Positions 40,502 to 50,364 are shown, counted from the stretch's first letter. The stretch: DNA of 64,000 bases from an uncultured Gemmatimonadales bacterium (GCA_963783385.1 CAWANJ010000009.1:576001-640000); one strand, 5' to 3'. The notes: generated by a model from the letters alone, not told the origin. Numbers and translations: made by a program.

Positions 40502-42270
40502 GAGCCGCCGGCGGCGCTGTCCACGGCCGCGGTGCCGCCGGCCGGGGCCGACCCCGGGCTCGCCTGGGCCGCACCGGGCCCGGCCGGGGCCGTGTCGGAC
40601 GCCGGGGCGAAGGGAGACCCCGGCTTCCAGGCCGGCGGCCGCGGCGCGTTGGCCACTACCCAGCCCGCCAGGAAGCCCAATTGCGTCTGCTGGGCGGCGC
40701 CGCCCATCGTGTACTCGGGCAGCATCTCGTCGTCGGGCTGGTGGTAGCGCTCCTTCCGATAGGTCTCCTCGCGCTTCTGTCCCGTACCGGCGGGCTCACC
40801 CACGTAGTCGACCCCCTGCTCGATGTAGAGGGACGGCACGCCGCGCTTGACGAATGAGAACTGGTCGGAGCGGAAGAAATGGCCCTGGCCCGGGCTCTGG
40901 TCGCCCCGGGCATCGAGGCCCAGGTAGCGGGTCAGCTCCCGGAAGACGTCTCCGAGCGACGAGTACTCCCCGCCCAGCTCGACCATGTCGCCGGTCCGAC
41001 CGTACATGTTGATGGCGTCCATGTTGATGTCCGCCACGAAGTGTCCGAACGGCGGATGGCGTGCCAGGTAGGCCGAGCCCAGCAGGCCCGATTCCTCGCC
41101 CGTGACCGCCGCGAGGAGCACCGAGCGCCGGGGTCGCTCCGGGAGACGCTGATAGGCTCGCGCCAGCTCGATGATGGCCGAGGTGCCCGAAGCGTTGTCC
41201 TTGGCGCCGTTGTAGATGGCATCGCCGTTCTCCGGGGCCCCGATCCCCAGGTGGTCGTAGTGCGACGTGTACACCACCACCTGGTCGCGCAGGGTCGAGT
41301 CCCGGCCGGGCACGAGCGCCACCACGTTGGCCGACGTCGTCCGCTCCACGTCGCTACGGATGCTCCCCGCGGCGTGGAGCGGGAGGGGCTTCGCGGTGAA
41401 CCCGGGCCGTCGGGCCGCGGCCACCAGCGAGTCCAGGCTCACACCGGCCAGCCCCAGGAGCCGTCGGGCCGCCGCCTCGGTGACCCACGCCTCGAGCGCC
41501 TCATGGTAGTCTCCGGGCTCGTTGGGGATCTCGAACTGCTCGCCCGACCAGGAGTTCCTGACCACCGACCATCCGTACCCGGCGGACTCGGGCGTGTGGA
41601 TGAGAATCATGCCGGCCGCGCCCAGTCGGGCCGCCTCCTCGTACTTGTACGTCCAGCGTCCATAGTAGGTGAGCGTGTCGCCGCGGAACTTCTTCGACCC
41701 GCCGGTGCCGCCCGGGTCGTTGACCAGCCCGAGGAGGATCTTCCCCTTGACGTCGGCGCCGGCGTAATCGTTCCAGTCGTACTCGGGGGCGTCGATGCCG
41801 TAACCCACGAACACCACGTCGCCCGAGAACTCCACCTGGCCCGCCTGCCTCGGGGTCCAGGCCACGTAGTCATCCAGATACCCCGGCGAGTAACGGCTCC
41901 GGCCATCGGCGCTCTGGAAGTCGAGCTCTGGATGCGGCGTGACGCCGACGAACGTCACGGGCTGGAAGTAGCTCGTGTCGTTTCCCGGCCGCAGGCCGGC
42001 CGCCGCGAACTCGGAGGCGATGTACGCCGCCGCCAGCCGGCCGCCGCGGGTCCCCGGAGCCCGCCCTTCCGTGAAGTCGCTGCTCAGGAAGGCCGTCCGC
42101 GCACGGATGGCCGCGCTGTCGATGCTCTGGATCCCCTGCCTGGCCACGGCCGACGAGACGTCCACCCCGTCGACGGTCGAGGGCCGGCGGCACGCCCCGA
42201 GCGTGGCAGCCAGGAGGAGGGCGAGACAGGTGGAAGACCCGCGGAGGCCCGCGGAGACCGACGTTCGCAT
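40498..42270 (-). CDS. M28 family metallopeptidase with PA domain, probable lipoprotein
   Basis: Lipobox LGAC; SHYDHLG, NGAKDNASG, GEESGLLGS, RSDQF, YHQPDD; PA domain YYGRWTYKYEEA. Confidence 0.9.
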   Translation of the reverse strand: MRTSVSAGLRGSSTCLALLLAATLGACRRPSTVDGVDVSSAVARQGIQSIDSAAIRARTAFLSSDFTEGRAPGTRGGRLAAAYIASEFAAAGLRPGNDTSYFQPVTFVGVTPHPELDFQSADGRSRYSPGYLDDYVAWTPRQAGQVEFSGDVVFVGYGIDAPEYDWNDYAGADVKGKILLGLVNDPGGTGGSKKFRGDTLTYYGRWTYKYEEAARLGAAGMILIHTPESAGYGWSVVRNSWSGEQFEIPNEPGDYHEALEAWVTEAAARRLLGLAGVSLDSLVAAARRPGFTAKPLPLHAAGSIRSDVERTTSANVVALVPGRDSTLRDQVVVYTSHYDHLGIGAPENGDAIYNGAKDNASGTSAIIELARAYQRLPERPRRSVLLAAVTGEESGLLGSAYLARHPPFGHFVADINMDAINMYGRTGDMVELGGEYSSLGDVFRELTRYLGLDARGDQSPGQGHFFRSDQFSFVKRGVPSLYIEQGVDYVGEPAGTGQKREETYRKERYHQPDDEMLPEYTMGGAAQQTQLGFLAGWVVANAPRPPAWKPGSPFAPASDTAPAGPGAAQASPGSAPAGGTAAVDSAAGGS

Positions 42271-42308
42271 GGGGTTGCTCCCGGCTCGTCGTGGAAGAGC
42301 TGGCGCCG

Positions 42309-43007
42309 TCAGGATCCGTCCCAGCTGAGGGCCCGCTTGACCTCCCCGATGGCGCGCGTCACCTGGATGCCCACCGGACAGGCCTTGGTGCAGTTGAAGA
42401 TGGTCCGGCAGGCCCACACGCCGTCGCGGCCATCGAGCGCCGCGGCACGCTCCTCGTCGCCCTCGTCCCTGGAATCGAACATGAAGCGGTGGGCCTGTAC
42501 GACCGCCGCCGGCCCGATGAAGCCGCTCCCGGGCCAGAAAGAGGGGCACGACCCGGTGCACGCGCCACACATGATGCACTTGGAGGTGTCGCCGTACCGG
42601 GCCGCCTCCTCGGGCGACTGCAGTCGCTCCCGGTCGGGCTCCGGGCCGTCGTTGATCAGGTACGCCTTGACCTTCTTGAACTGCTCGAAGAAGGGGTCGA
42701 CGTCGACGATGAGGTCCTTGAGCACCGGAAAGCCCATGAGCGGCTCGATCGTGACCTCGTCCCCGACCTCCTGGAGGAGCGTCTTGCACGCCAGGCCGTT
42801 GTTGCCGTTGATCCGCATGGCGTCCGAGCCGCAGATGCCGTGCTGGCAGGAGCGGCGCAGGGCGAGCGTGCCGTCCATGTGCCATTTGATGTGGTTCAGC
42901 CCGTCCAGCACTCGGTCCGTGGGCTCCGCCTCGAACTCGAACGTCTCGTAGTAGGGGTCCTCGCGGACCTCGGGCTGAAAGCGCCGGATGGTGAAGGCCA
43001 CGTCCAT
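42309..43007 (-). CDS. sdhB: Succinate dehydrogenase iron-sulfur subunit
   Basis: SCQHGICGSD, CIMCGACTGSCP, CRTIFNCTKACP. Confidence 0.96.
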   Translation of the reverse strand: MDVAFTIRRFQPEVREDPYYETFEFEAEPTDRVLDGLNHIKWHMDGTLALRRSCQHGICGSDAMRINGNNGLACKTLLQEVGDEVTIEPLMGFPVLKDLIVDVDPFFEQFKKVKAYLINDGPEPDRERLQSPEEAARYGDTSKCIMCGACTGSCPSFWPGSGFIGPAAVVQAHRFMFDSRDEGDEERAAALDGRDGVWACRTIFNCTKACPVGIQVTRAIGEVKRALSWDGS

Positions 43008-43009
43008 CG

Positions 43010-44752
43010 TCAGTAGACCCGCTCCTTCGGCTGGAATCTGGTGATCGTCACCGGCTTGTAGGCGATATCGATCTTCCCGTCCCGCCGGTATGCGAAGCTG
43101 TGCTTGAGCCAGTTCTCGTCATCACGCTTCGGGAAGTCCTCCCGGGAGTGGGCACCCCGGCTCTCGGTCCGGTTGAGGGCGCACTCCGTGATGACCTGGG
43201 CCAGCTCGACCATGCCACGCGTCTCCCACGCCTCGGTGAGGTCGAGGTTGTACTCGTGACCCTTGTCGTCGATCGAGATGTGCTCCACGCGCTCGTGCAG
43301 TTCGGCCAGCTTTTCCCGGGCCTCCTCCAGCAGCTCGCCGGTCCGGAAGACCGACACGTTCTGCATCATCAGGTGCTGCATCTCGGCCCTGATGTCCGCC
43401 GCGCGCTCGCCGCTGTCGCGATTGCGCAGTCGCTCGAGGCGTTCGTGCGCCGGACCCGTCGGCTCTTCGGCGATCGGCTCGAGGTCGGCCCTCGTGCAAT
43501 AGGCGGCCATGTGGTCCCCCGCTCTCCGACCGAACACGACCAGGTCCAGGAGGCTGTTCGTGCCCAGGCGGTTGGCCCCGTGGACGGACACGCACGCAGC
43601 CTCTCCGGCGGCGTACAGCCCGCGCACGACCGTCCCGCTCTCGTCCGCCAGCACCTGGCCGTCGACGTTCGTCGGGATGCCACCCATGGCGTAGTGGGCC
43701 GTGGGCTGGACCGGTATGGACGTGTCCACCGGATCGATGCCCAGGTAGGTCCGGCAGAAGTCGGCGATCTCGGTGAGCTTCTTCTCGATGACTTCCCGGC
43801 CCAGGTGGGTGGCGTCCAGGTGCACGTAGCGCTTGCCGTCGATCCCCTTCCCGGCCCGGATCTCCTTGTAGATGGCACGGGAGACCACGTCACGGCTGGC
43901 CAGGTCCTTCATGTTGGGGGCGTAGCGCTCCATGAAGCGCTCGCCCTCGGAGTTCCGCAGCACGCCACCCTCGCCCCGGACGCCCTCGGTGATGAGGATC
44001 CCCATCCGGTAGATGCCGGTCGGGTGGAACTGGTAGAACTCCAGGTCCTCCAGCGGGAGCCCCTTGCGAGCCACCAGCGCGAGACCGTCGCCGGTCAGGG
44101 TGACCGCGTTGCTGGTGATCTCCCACACCCGGCCGTGCCCGCCCGTGGCCAGGAGAACCGCCTTGGCGCGGAACACGTGCAGGTCGCCCGTGGCCAGCTC
44201 CAGTGCCACCAGGCCACGGCAGGCCCCGTCCTCGATGAGGAGGTCCACCACGTGGTACTCGTTGAAGAACTGGACGTCGTGACGCACGCACTGCTGGTAG
44301 AGCGTCTGCAGGATGGCGTGACCGGTCCGGGAGGCGGCGTAGCAGGAGCGCCGAACGGCCTCTTCTCCGAAGCGCTTGGTGTGCCCCCCGAAGCGGCGCT
44401 GGGCGATGCGACCCTCCGGCGTGCGGCTGAACGGGAGCCCCATGTGCTCGAGCTCGTACACCACGTCGGGTGCGTCCTTGCACATCACCTCGATCGCGTC
44501 CTGGTCGCCCAGGTAGTCGCTGCCCTTCACCGTGTCGTAGGTGTGCCATTCGGGACGGTCGCCGTCGGCGTCCATGTTCCCCAGGGACGCCCCGATGCCC
44601 CCCTGCGCCGCGCCCGTGTGCGAGCGGGTGGGATACAGCTTGCTCACCACCGCCGTGCGCACCCCCGGGTGCCGCCCCAGGTACAGCGAGGCCATCAGGC
44701 CCGCCCCGCCCGCTCCGACCACCAGCGCGTCGTATGTATGGACTCTAGGCAT
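43010..44752 (-). CDS. sdhA: Succinate dehydrogenase flavoprotein subunit
   Basis: [38 protein letters not shown]. Confidence 0.97.
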   Translation of the reverse strand: MPRVHTYDALVVGAGGAGLMASLYLGRHPGVRTAVVSKLYPTRSHTGAAQGGIGASLGNMDADGDRPEWHTYDTVKGSDYLGDQDAIEVMCKDAPDVVYELEHMGLPFSRTPEGRIAQRRFGGHTKRFGEEAVRRSCYAASRTGHAILQTLYQQCVRHDVQFFNEYHVVDLLIEDGACRGLVALELATGDLHVFRAKAVLLATGGHGRVWEITSNAVTLTGDGLALVARKGLPLEDLEFYQFHPTGIYRMGILITEGVRGEGGVLRNSEGERFMERYAPNMKDLASRDVVSRAIYKEIRAGKGIDGKRYVHLDATHLGREVIEKKLTEIADFCRTYLGIDPVDTSIPVQPTAHYAMGGIPTNVDGQVLADESGTVVRGLYAAGEAACVSVHGANRLGTNSLLDLVVFGRRAGDHMAAYCTRADLEPIAEEPTGPAHERLERLRNRDSGERAADIRAEMQHLMMQNVSVFRTGELLEEAREKLAELHERVEHISIDDKGHEYNLDLTEAWETRGMVELAQVITECALNRTESRGAHSREDFPKRDDENWLKHSFAYRRDGKIDIAYKPVTITRFQPKERVY

Positions 44753-44782
44753 CGCCTCGTCCGTCCGGCTCCCGGGCCACGC

Positions 44783-45175
44783 TCAGGCCGGGACGTGGAA
44801 AGTGAAGATGATCCAGGCGCCCGCGCTCAGCAGCACGAAGGCGAGCACGTAGGCCACGCTTTTCACGGCTAGCAGCGTCCCGGGCCTGCGCAGATAATCC
44901 TCGAGCACCATGCGCAGGCCGTTCACGCCGTGGACGAGCGCGAAGCCCAGGAGCGCGAAATCGTACATCCGCCACAGTGGGCTGGACCAGCGGCTCACGA
45001 CGGTCTCGAAGTTCAGGTTGTCCACCCCGATGACGTAGTGCATCCACAGAAGGTGGAACACCGCCAGGAAGAGGAGCACGACCCCGGACACTCGCATGAA
45101 CAGCCACGCCCACGCCTCTATGCCCCCCGAGCCCGGCCTCGCGTGACCGCCTCCGCGCCTGTGCTCGCTCGCCAT
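44783..45175 (-). CDS. sdhD: Succinate dehydrogenase membrane anchor
   Basis: WLFMRVSG..FHL, HGVNGLR; three TM segments. Confidence 0.88.
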   Translation of the reverse strand: MASEHRRGGGHARPGSGGIEAWAWLFMRVSGVVLLFLAVFHLLWMHYVIGVDNLNFETVVSRWSSPLWRMYDFALLGFALVHGVNGLRMVLEDYLRRPGTLLAVKSVAYVLAFVLLSAGAWIIFTFHVPA

Positions 45176-45176
45176 G

Positions 45177-45587
45177 TCAGCCTCCGAACAGCGGTGCGAG
45201 GAGGGCCCACGCCGCGGGCACGAAGATCACGAACAGCACCACGAGCTCGATGACCACCAGCTTGTGCTCGGCGAGCATCACCCGCGGGGCGAAGTCCTGG
45301 ACGATGATCCTCAGGCCATTGATGGCGTGGAACAGGACGCCGAACACCAGGAACACGTCCATGACGTGGGCCCAGGGCGCGCTGTAGAAGCCCAGGAGGC
45401 TGTCGAAGACGTCCTTTCCGAAGCCGAGCAGGAAGATGTCGACGATGTGGAGGGCCAGGAAGAGGAGGATGCCCAGGCCGGCGATCCGGTGGAGGGCCCA
45501 CATCAGCATCCCGAGTCCGCCCCGGTAGGTGACCCACGCCTTCGGGCCCGTGAAGGTGGGTCGCTCTGTCGCCGCTCCGTCGCTCAT
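45177..45587 (-). CDS. sdhC: Succinate dehydrogenase cytochrome b subunit
   Basis: YRGG..WALHRIAG, LHIVD, FHAINGLR. Confidence 0.9.
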   Translation of the reverse strand: MSDGAATERPTFTGPKAWVTYRGGLGMLMWALHRIAGLGILLFLALHIVDIFLLGFGKDVFDSLLGFYSAPWAHVMDVFLVFGVLFHAINGLRIIVQDFAPRVMLAEHKLVVIELVVLFVIFVPAAWALLAPLFGG

Positions 45588-45635
45588 CGGGCCATCCTCA
45601 TCCCTGCTTCGCTGTAGCCTCCAAGGACCCTCGCC

Positions 45636-46562
45636 TCACGACCGGATGGATTCCATCGTCTCCAGGACGTCCGCGGCCGACCGTTCGAGCGCCGCCTGCT
45701 CCTCGTCGGTGAGGTCGACCTCGAGAATCGCTTCCACGCCGCCGCGGCCGAGCTTGCAGGGGACGCCGACGAACAGACCCTCGAGCCCGTACTCGCCCTC
45801 GAGCCAGGCGGCGCAGGGCAGGATGCGCTTCTGGTCGCGCACGATCGCCTCGCACATCTGCGCCACCGCCGCCGAGGGGGCGTAGTAGGCGCTTCCCTCC
45901 TTGAGGAGACCGACGATCTCCCCGCCGCCCTTGCGGGTGCGCTGCACCAGGGCCTCGATCCGTTCCCGGCTGAGCAGCTGAGTGAGGGGCACGCCGCCCA
46001 CCGTGACCGTGCTGACGATGGGCACCATGCTGTCGCCGTGCCCGCCCAGCACGAGCGCCTGGATGTCGCGGACGCTGACGTCGAGCTCGAGCGAGATGAA
46101 GCTGCGGAAGCGGGCCGTGTCGAGGACGCCGGCCATGCCGACGACCCGCTCGCGCGGGAAGCCCGTGACCTGACGCGCCACGAAGGCCATGACGTCCAGG
46201 GGATTGGTGACCATGATGATGATCGCGCCCGGACTCCGGTCGCGGATCTCCCCGGCGATCCCGGAGACGACCGCCGCGTTCTTGGCCACCAGGTCATCGC
46301 GGCTCATGCCCGGCTTGCGGGCGAACCCGGCCGTGACGACCACGATGCCCGAGCCGGACGTGTCCTCGTAGCTCTGGGCCCCGGTGAGCCGGGTGTCGAA
46401 GCCACGAACGGGCGCCGACTCCCACTGGTCGAGGCCGATGCCCTGCGGTAGTCCCTCCTTGATGTCCACCAGAACGACTTCCCGGGCGAGCTCGGCTTCC
46501 GCGATACGCATCGCGGACGTCGCGCCCACGTGCCCCGCGCCGACGACCGTGATCTTATCCAC
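45636..46562 (-). CDS. mdh: Malate dehydrogenase (LDH-like)
   Basis: VVGAGHVG, RKPGMSRDDL, TNPLD, LDTAR, GGHGD. Confidence 0.95.
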   Translation of the reverse strand: MDKITVVGAGHVGATSAMRIAEAELAREVVLVDIKEGLPQGIGLDQWESAPVRGFDTRLTGAQSYEDTSGSGIVVVTAGFARKPGMSRDDLVAKNAAVVSGIAGEIRDRSPGAIIIMVTNPLDVMAFVARQVTGFPRERVVGMAGVLDTARFRSFISLELDVSVRDIQALVLGGHGDSMVPIVSTVTVGGVPLTQLLSRERIEALVQRTRKGGGEIVGLLKEGSAYYAPSAAVAQMCEAIVRDQKRILPCAAWLEGEYGLEGLFVGVPCKLGRGGVEAILEVDLTDEEQAALERSAADVLETMESIRS

Positions 46563-46682
46563 CGTGTCCCTCTTCTCTCTATGCGATGGTCGCCCTCGCG
46601 ACCTCTTCTTCCGCGTTCGCTGCACGCCCCGCGCGCAGCGGCCGTGCCATGGCGCCCTGCGCCCGCCGCCAGCGGCAGGCGC

Positions 46683-46711
46683 AAGGTACCGGCGCGTTTC
46701 GGAGGTAGCAA
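46683..46711 (-). promoter_or_regulatory. Putative sigma70-type promoter of mdh-sdhCDAB
   Basis: TTGCTA-N17-TACCTT on the minus strand in the intergenic region. Confidence 0.55.
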
Positions 46712-46744
46712 CCGCGTGCGAGCGCCGGTCTTCGGCCGGAGCCC

Positions 46745-46984
46745 TCAGTTCCGCAGCGGCCCCAGGCCTCCGGCCCTCCGGGCCGCTTCGCCGGCTACCG
46801 CCTCCAGGGCGCGGTCCCAGCGCTCCGGACTCATGCGCTGGATAGCTGCTTCGACCAGCCCCAGCAGATCCAGGGCCTCCTCACGGGTCAGCGCCGCCTC
46901 ACGTCCTCCCCGCTGCAATCGATCCCTGAGGGACTCGACTTCGTCGAGCAGCTCCCGGTACCGCTGTCGTTCCTGGTAGGTCAT
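46745..46984 (-). CDS. Hypothetical small helical protein (~79 aa)
   Basis: ATG overlaps the moaA stop (TGATG); amphipathic helical sequence; fills the gap before the mdh promoter. Confidence 0.6.
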   Translation of the reverse strand: MTYQERQRYRELLDEVESLRDRLQRGGREAALTREEALDLLGLVEAAIQRMSPERWDRALEAVAGEAARRAGGLGPLRN

Positions 46985-47964
46985 CACCCGCCCACTTCGC
47001 TGAGCGCCGCCAGCCCCCCGCTACCACGGCTCGTTCCGAGCTGCAGGTAATGGCGTTCCGGCTTGCCGGCCAGGGCCGTCCGGACCGCGTCGGTGACCCG
47101 CCCCGAAGCCCGCAGCGGCGTCTTCAGGTCGACCTCGTGGTCGCCGAACAGGCACGTCCGCAGCCGACCCTCGGCCGTGAGCCGCATGCGGTTGCAGCGG
47201 TCGCAGTAATTGTGCGAGAGCGGCGTGATCACCCCCACCGTTCCCGGTGCGCCCGGGAAGCGGAAGTAACGGGCCGGACCGTTCCCCGGAGGGCCTACGA
47301 CCGGCTCGAGCTCTCCGAGGGCACCCACGCGCTCCAGCATCTCCGAGGCCGGGATGAACCGATCCGTGAGGTGCAGGTTGGCCCCTACCGGCATGAGCTC
47401 GATGAACCGCACGTGCCACGGGCGCTCCCGCGTGGCCGCCGCGAAGCTCGCGAACTCGTCGTCATTGAGGCCCCGCATCATGACCGTGTTGATCTTGATC
47501 GGATCGAACCCCGCCGCCTCAGCGGCCTCGATCCCGGCGAGGGTCGCATCGAAGAACCGCGGCGGTCGGCGCGCGATGGCCTCGAAGCGGTCACGGCGAA
47601 GAGTGTCCAGGCTGATGTTCACCCGGCGGACCCCCGCCCCGCGGAGCTCCCCGGCGAACCGTGGCAGCAGGACGGCGTTGGTGGACAGCGCCAGGTCCTC
47701 GATCCCCGGCACGTCCGAGAGCATGCGTGCCAGGCGAGGCAGGTCGGTCCGGATGAGCGGCTCGCCCCCGGTGAGCCGGATCCGGGAGAGTCCCATGCCG
47801 GCCATCTGGCGGACGATCTCGGTGATCTCCTCGTAGGTGAGGAGCTCGGCCCGCGGAACCCACTCGAGGCCCTCCACAGGCATGCAGTACGTGCAGCGGA
47901 GGTTGCACTTGTCGGTGACGGAGATGCGGAGGTAGTCGATGCGACGGCCGAACTGGTCCTTCAT
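46984..47964 (-). CDS. moaA: GTP 3',8-cyclase (radical SAM)
   Basis: YLRISVTDKCNLRCTYCMP, CDRCNRMR..C, C-terminal GG. Confidence 0.96.
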   Translation of the reverse strand: MKDQFGRRIDYLRISVTDKCNLRCTYCMPVEGLEWVPRAELLTYEEITEIVRQMAGMGLSRIRLTGGEPLIRTDLPRLARMLSDVPGIEDLALSTNAVLLPRFAGELRGAGVRRVNISLDTLRRDRFEAIARRPPRFFDATLAGIEAAEAAGFDPIKINTVMMRGLNDDEFASFAAATRERPWHVRFIELMPVGANLHLTDRFIPASEMLERVGALGELEPVVGPPGNGPARYFRFPGAPGTVGVITPLSHNYCDRCNRMRLTAEGRLRTCLFGDHEVDLKTPLRASGRVTDAVRTALAGKPERHYLQLGTSRGSGGLAALSEVGG

Positions 47965-48425
47965 GGCGCGCTCCCGGTCGGGTGACCATCCAGCCACGCT
48001 TCGGTGCCGTCCGCGTAGGCCTCGCGCTTCCACACCGGCAGCCGACGCTTGATCTCCTCGACGATCCAGCGGCTGCCTCGGTAGGCAGCGTCGCGATGCG
48101 CCGAGGCCACCGCCACCCCCAGGCTGGCCTCGCCGGGTGCCAGGCGGCCGGTGCGGTGGACCGCCGACACGCCGGCCAGGCCGAACGAGCCAGCGGCTTC
48201 CTCGCAGATCGCGGCGAGCTCCTTTCGGGCCATGGGGGCGAACGCCTCGTAGTCGAGCCGCTCTACCCGGCGATCCCGATTGTGATTGCGCACGGTTCCC
48301 AGGAAGAGGAGGACGGCACCCTCGCCGGGACCGGATACGCCCCGGACCAGAGCCGCGGCGTCGATGGGTGTGGCGCTGATCACCGCCTCCACCCGGGGAC
48401 TCGATCCTCCCGACCGCGCCGTCAC
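47961..48425 (-). CDS. moaE: Molybdopterin synthase catalytic subunit
   Basis: GAVLLFLGTVRN, LDYEAF, HRTGRL, HR..AY, PVWKRE; start uncertain. Confidence 0.93.
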   Translation of the reverse strand: MTARSGGSSPRVEAVISATPIDAAALVRGVSGPGEGAVLLFLGTVRNHNRDRRVERLDYEAFAPMARKELAAICEEAAGSFGLAGVSAVHRTGRLAPGEASLGVAVASAHRDAAYRGSRWIVEEIKRRLPVWKREAYADGTEAWLDGHPTGSAP

Positions 48426-48429
48426 GGCA

Positions 48430-48693
48430 TCAGCCTCCGGAGACCGGTGGAATGAGCGCGACCTCGTCCCCGTCCTCGAGGATGTGGTCGGAGGCTGCGT
48501 AGGCGAGGCCCACCGCCACGGCGTATCCCTCCGGGAACTCCGGCAGTCGCTCCCGCAGGTGCGCGCAGAGCGCGGCCACCGTGCTTCCGCCGGGGAGCTC
48601 GACCCGACACCGCTCGCCCCCGGCCCGCTCGCGGAGCATCGCGAAGAAACGAACGTCGACGGTGATCGTGTCCCGGGCCGCGATACGGCTCAC
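48430..48693 (-). CDS. moaD: Molybdopterin synthase sulfur carrier
   Basis: VRFFAMLRE, DEVALIPPVSGG. Confidence 0.95.
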   Translation of the reverse strand: MSRIAARDTITVDVRFFAMLRERAGGERCRVELPGGSTVAALCAHLRERLPEFPEGYAVAVGLAYAASDHILEDGDEVALIPPVSGG

Positions 48694-48992
48694 TCCCCGG
48701 CTCCGCTCCCGGCTGCCGCCCGCGCCCGATCCACGGAGCGGATCGCGCTCACGAACCGGGCGGCCACCGCGTCCTCACGCAGCGTCGAAGCCCGCACGCG
48801 CGTGGGGGCCTCGCCCCGTGGATCGGGGAAGGCCGCCACCGTGATCCGACTCCGGAAGGTGTTGAAGGTGATGTGGCTGTCGCTCTCGCTCTCGATGGAG
48901 GCCGGACAGATCGGATGCCGACCGGTGAAGAACTCGCGTGCCTCGGTCAGAACCTCGGCCGGAGAGAGCTTAGTGATCGTCTCGTGCGTCAT
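48690..48992 (-). CDS. Hypothetical protein (100 aa), first gene of the moa operon
   Basis: GGAGG RBS and ATG; stop overlaps the moaD start; alpha/beta-looking sequence. Confidence 0.7.
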   Translation of the reverse strand: MTHETITKLSPAEVLTEAREFFTGRHPICPASIESESDSHITFNTFRSRITVAAFPDPRGEAPTRVRASTLREDAVAARFVSAIRSVDRARAAAGSGAGE

Positions 48993-49008
48993 CCGCCTCC
49001 ACCCTAGC

Positions 49009-49038
49009 TTGACGCCCCGCGCGCGCAGTCCGTAGGAT
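49009..49038 (+). promoter_or_regulatory. Putative promoter of the aminotransferase gene
   Basis: TTGACG-N18-TAGGAT. Confidence 0.55.
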
Positions 49039-49093
49039 CGGGCCGGCGAGGACGGTACCCGGGCGTCCTCCCGACGGGGCCGACTCTCCGATC

Positions 49094-49122
49094 AAGGTAG
49101 CGCGCGCTCCGCCGGCCTTCAA
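49094..49122 (-). promoter_or_regulatory. Putative promoter of the moa operon
   Basis: TTGAAG-N17-TACCTT on the minus strand. Confidence 0.5.
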
Positions 49123-49146
49123 TCCGACCAGACCTGTGGAGCCACG

Positions 49147-50322
49147 GTGAGATTCTCCCGAAACGTCGCTTCGCTCGAGCCCTCCGCAACCCTGGCCCTG
49201 GCCGCCCGTGCCCGGCGCCTGCGCGAGGAGGGTCGCTCGATCGTCAACCTGTCGGCCGGTGAGCCGGTATACGGCACGCCCGACTTCGCGGCGCAGGCCG
49301 GGATCGAGGCGATCCGGGCCGGGAAGATGGGTTACCCTCCTACCCAGGGGATCCCCGAGCTTCGCAGGGCGATCGTCGACTACCTGGGGGACACGACCGG
49401 CTCGGCCGGGCTGGATCCCGACGGCGTCCTGGTGAGCGCGGGTGTGAAGCAGGCCCTGTTCAACTGCCTCTTCTGCCTGGCCGGCCCCGGGGACGAGGTC
49501 CTCGTTCCGACGCCGTGCTGGACCAGCTACCGTCCGCAGGTCAGGCTGGGCGGAGCCGAGCCGGTGCTGGTGGAGTCCACCTGGGAGGACGGATTCCACC
49601 TGGACGTCGATCGGCTCGAGGCGGCCCGGACCGACGCCACGCGGGTCCTCCTCCTCAACAGCCCCAACAATCCATCCGGCGCGGTCTACGACCTGGACTC
49701 GCTGAGGGCGATCGCCGAGTGGGCCGGCGGTCACGGCGTGTGGATCCTCTCCGACGAGATCTACCGGAGGCTCCGCTTCGGAGAGGGGCCCGCCCCTTCC
49801 CTCCTCGACCTGGGGGAGCTGCCGGACCACGCGGTCGTGCTCGACGGCGTCTCCAAGGCTTTCGCCATGACGGGCTGGCGAATCGGGTTCGCCCTGGGCC
49901 CCCGCGATCTCATTGGCAAGGCTTCCGATCTCCAGAGCCAGACGACCTCGGGTGCGGCCGCTCCATCCCAGTACGCGGCCGCCGCGGCTTTCGGGCAGAT
50001 CGAGGAGCGGGAAGCCGTGGTCGCGGACTTTCTCGACCGCCTCGGCGAGACCCGCAGGCTGGCGACCGAAGGACTGGCGGGAACGCCCGGTCTGGAGGTC
50101 CGCCCACCGCAGGGCGGCATCTTCCTGTGGGCCCGCACCACGGGGGATGCCAGCTCCGCGGAGCTGGCCGAAGGCCTGCTCGAGGCGGGCGTGGCCTGCA
50201 TCCCGGGAGAGGCGTTCGAGAGCCCCGGTCACCTGCGATTCAACCTGGCCGTCGAACCGTCCGACCTGGAGGAAGGGGTGCGGCGCGTGCGGGAGTACTT
50301 CGAGTCGCGAGCGAGAGCATGA
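49147..50322 (+). CDS. PLP-dependent class I aminotransferase (aspartate aminotransferase-like)
   Basis: LSAGEP, NSPNNPSG, SDEIY, GVSKAFAMTGWRIG. Confidence 0.92.
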   Translation: MRFSRNVASLEPSATLALAARARRLREEGRSIVNLSAGEPVYGTPDFAAQAGIEAIRAGKMGYPPTQGIPELRRAIVDYLGDTTGSAGLDPDGVLVSAGVKQALFNCLFCLAGPGDEVLVPTPCWTSYRPQVRLGGAEPVLVESTWEDGFHLDVDRLEAARTDATRVLLLNSPNNPSGAVYDLDSLRAIAEWAGGHGVWILSDEIYRRLRFGEGPAPSLLDLGELPDHAVVLDGVSKAFAMTGWRIGFALGPRDLIGKASDLQSQTTSGAAAPSQYAAAAAFGQIEEREAVVADFLDRLGETRRLATEGLAGTPGLEVRPPQGGIFLWARTTGDASSAELAEGLLEAGVACIPGEAFESPGHLRFNLAVEPSDLEEGVRRVREYFESRARA

Positions 50323-50326
50323 GGAC

Positions 50327-50364
50327 GCGCCCCACCGCGGCCCCGAAGGGTCGCGGCGGGGCGC
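50327..50364. terminator. GC-rich hairpin between convergent genes (likely bidirectional terminator)
   Basis: GCGCCCC-A-CCGCGGCCC / CGAA loop / GGGTCGCGG-C-GGGGCGC; no U-tract. Confidence 0.55.

Noticed and set aside
46555-46563. DnaA-box-like TTATCCACC
   Set aside because: Single 8/9 match formed by the first mdh codons; no cluster or AT-rich unwinding element.
48993-49093. Possible Moco riboswitch upstream of the moa operon
   Set aside because: The leader is short and I see only one simple hairpin, without the multi-stem, GNRA-capped features of the Moco RNA motif. A covariance-model search would settle it.
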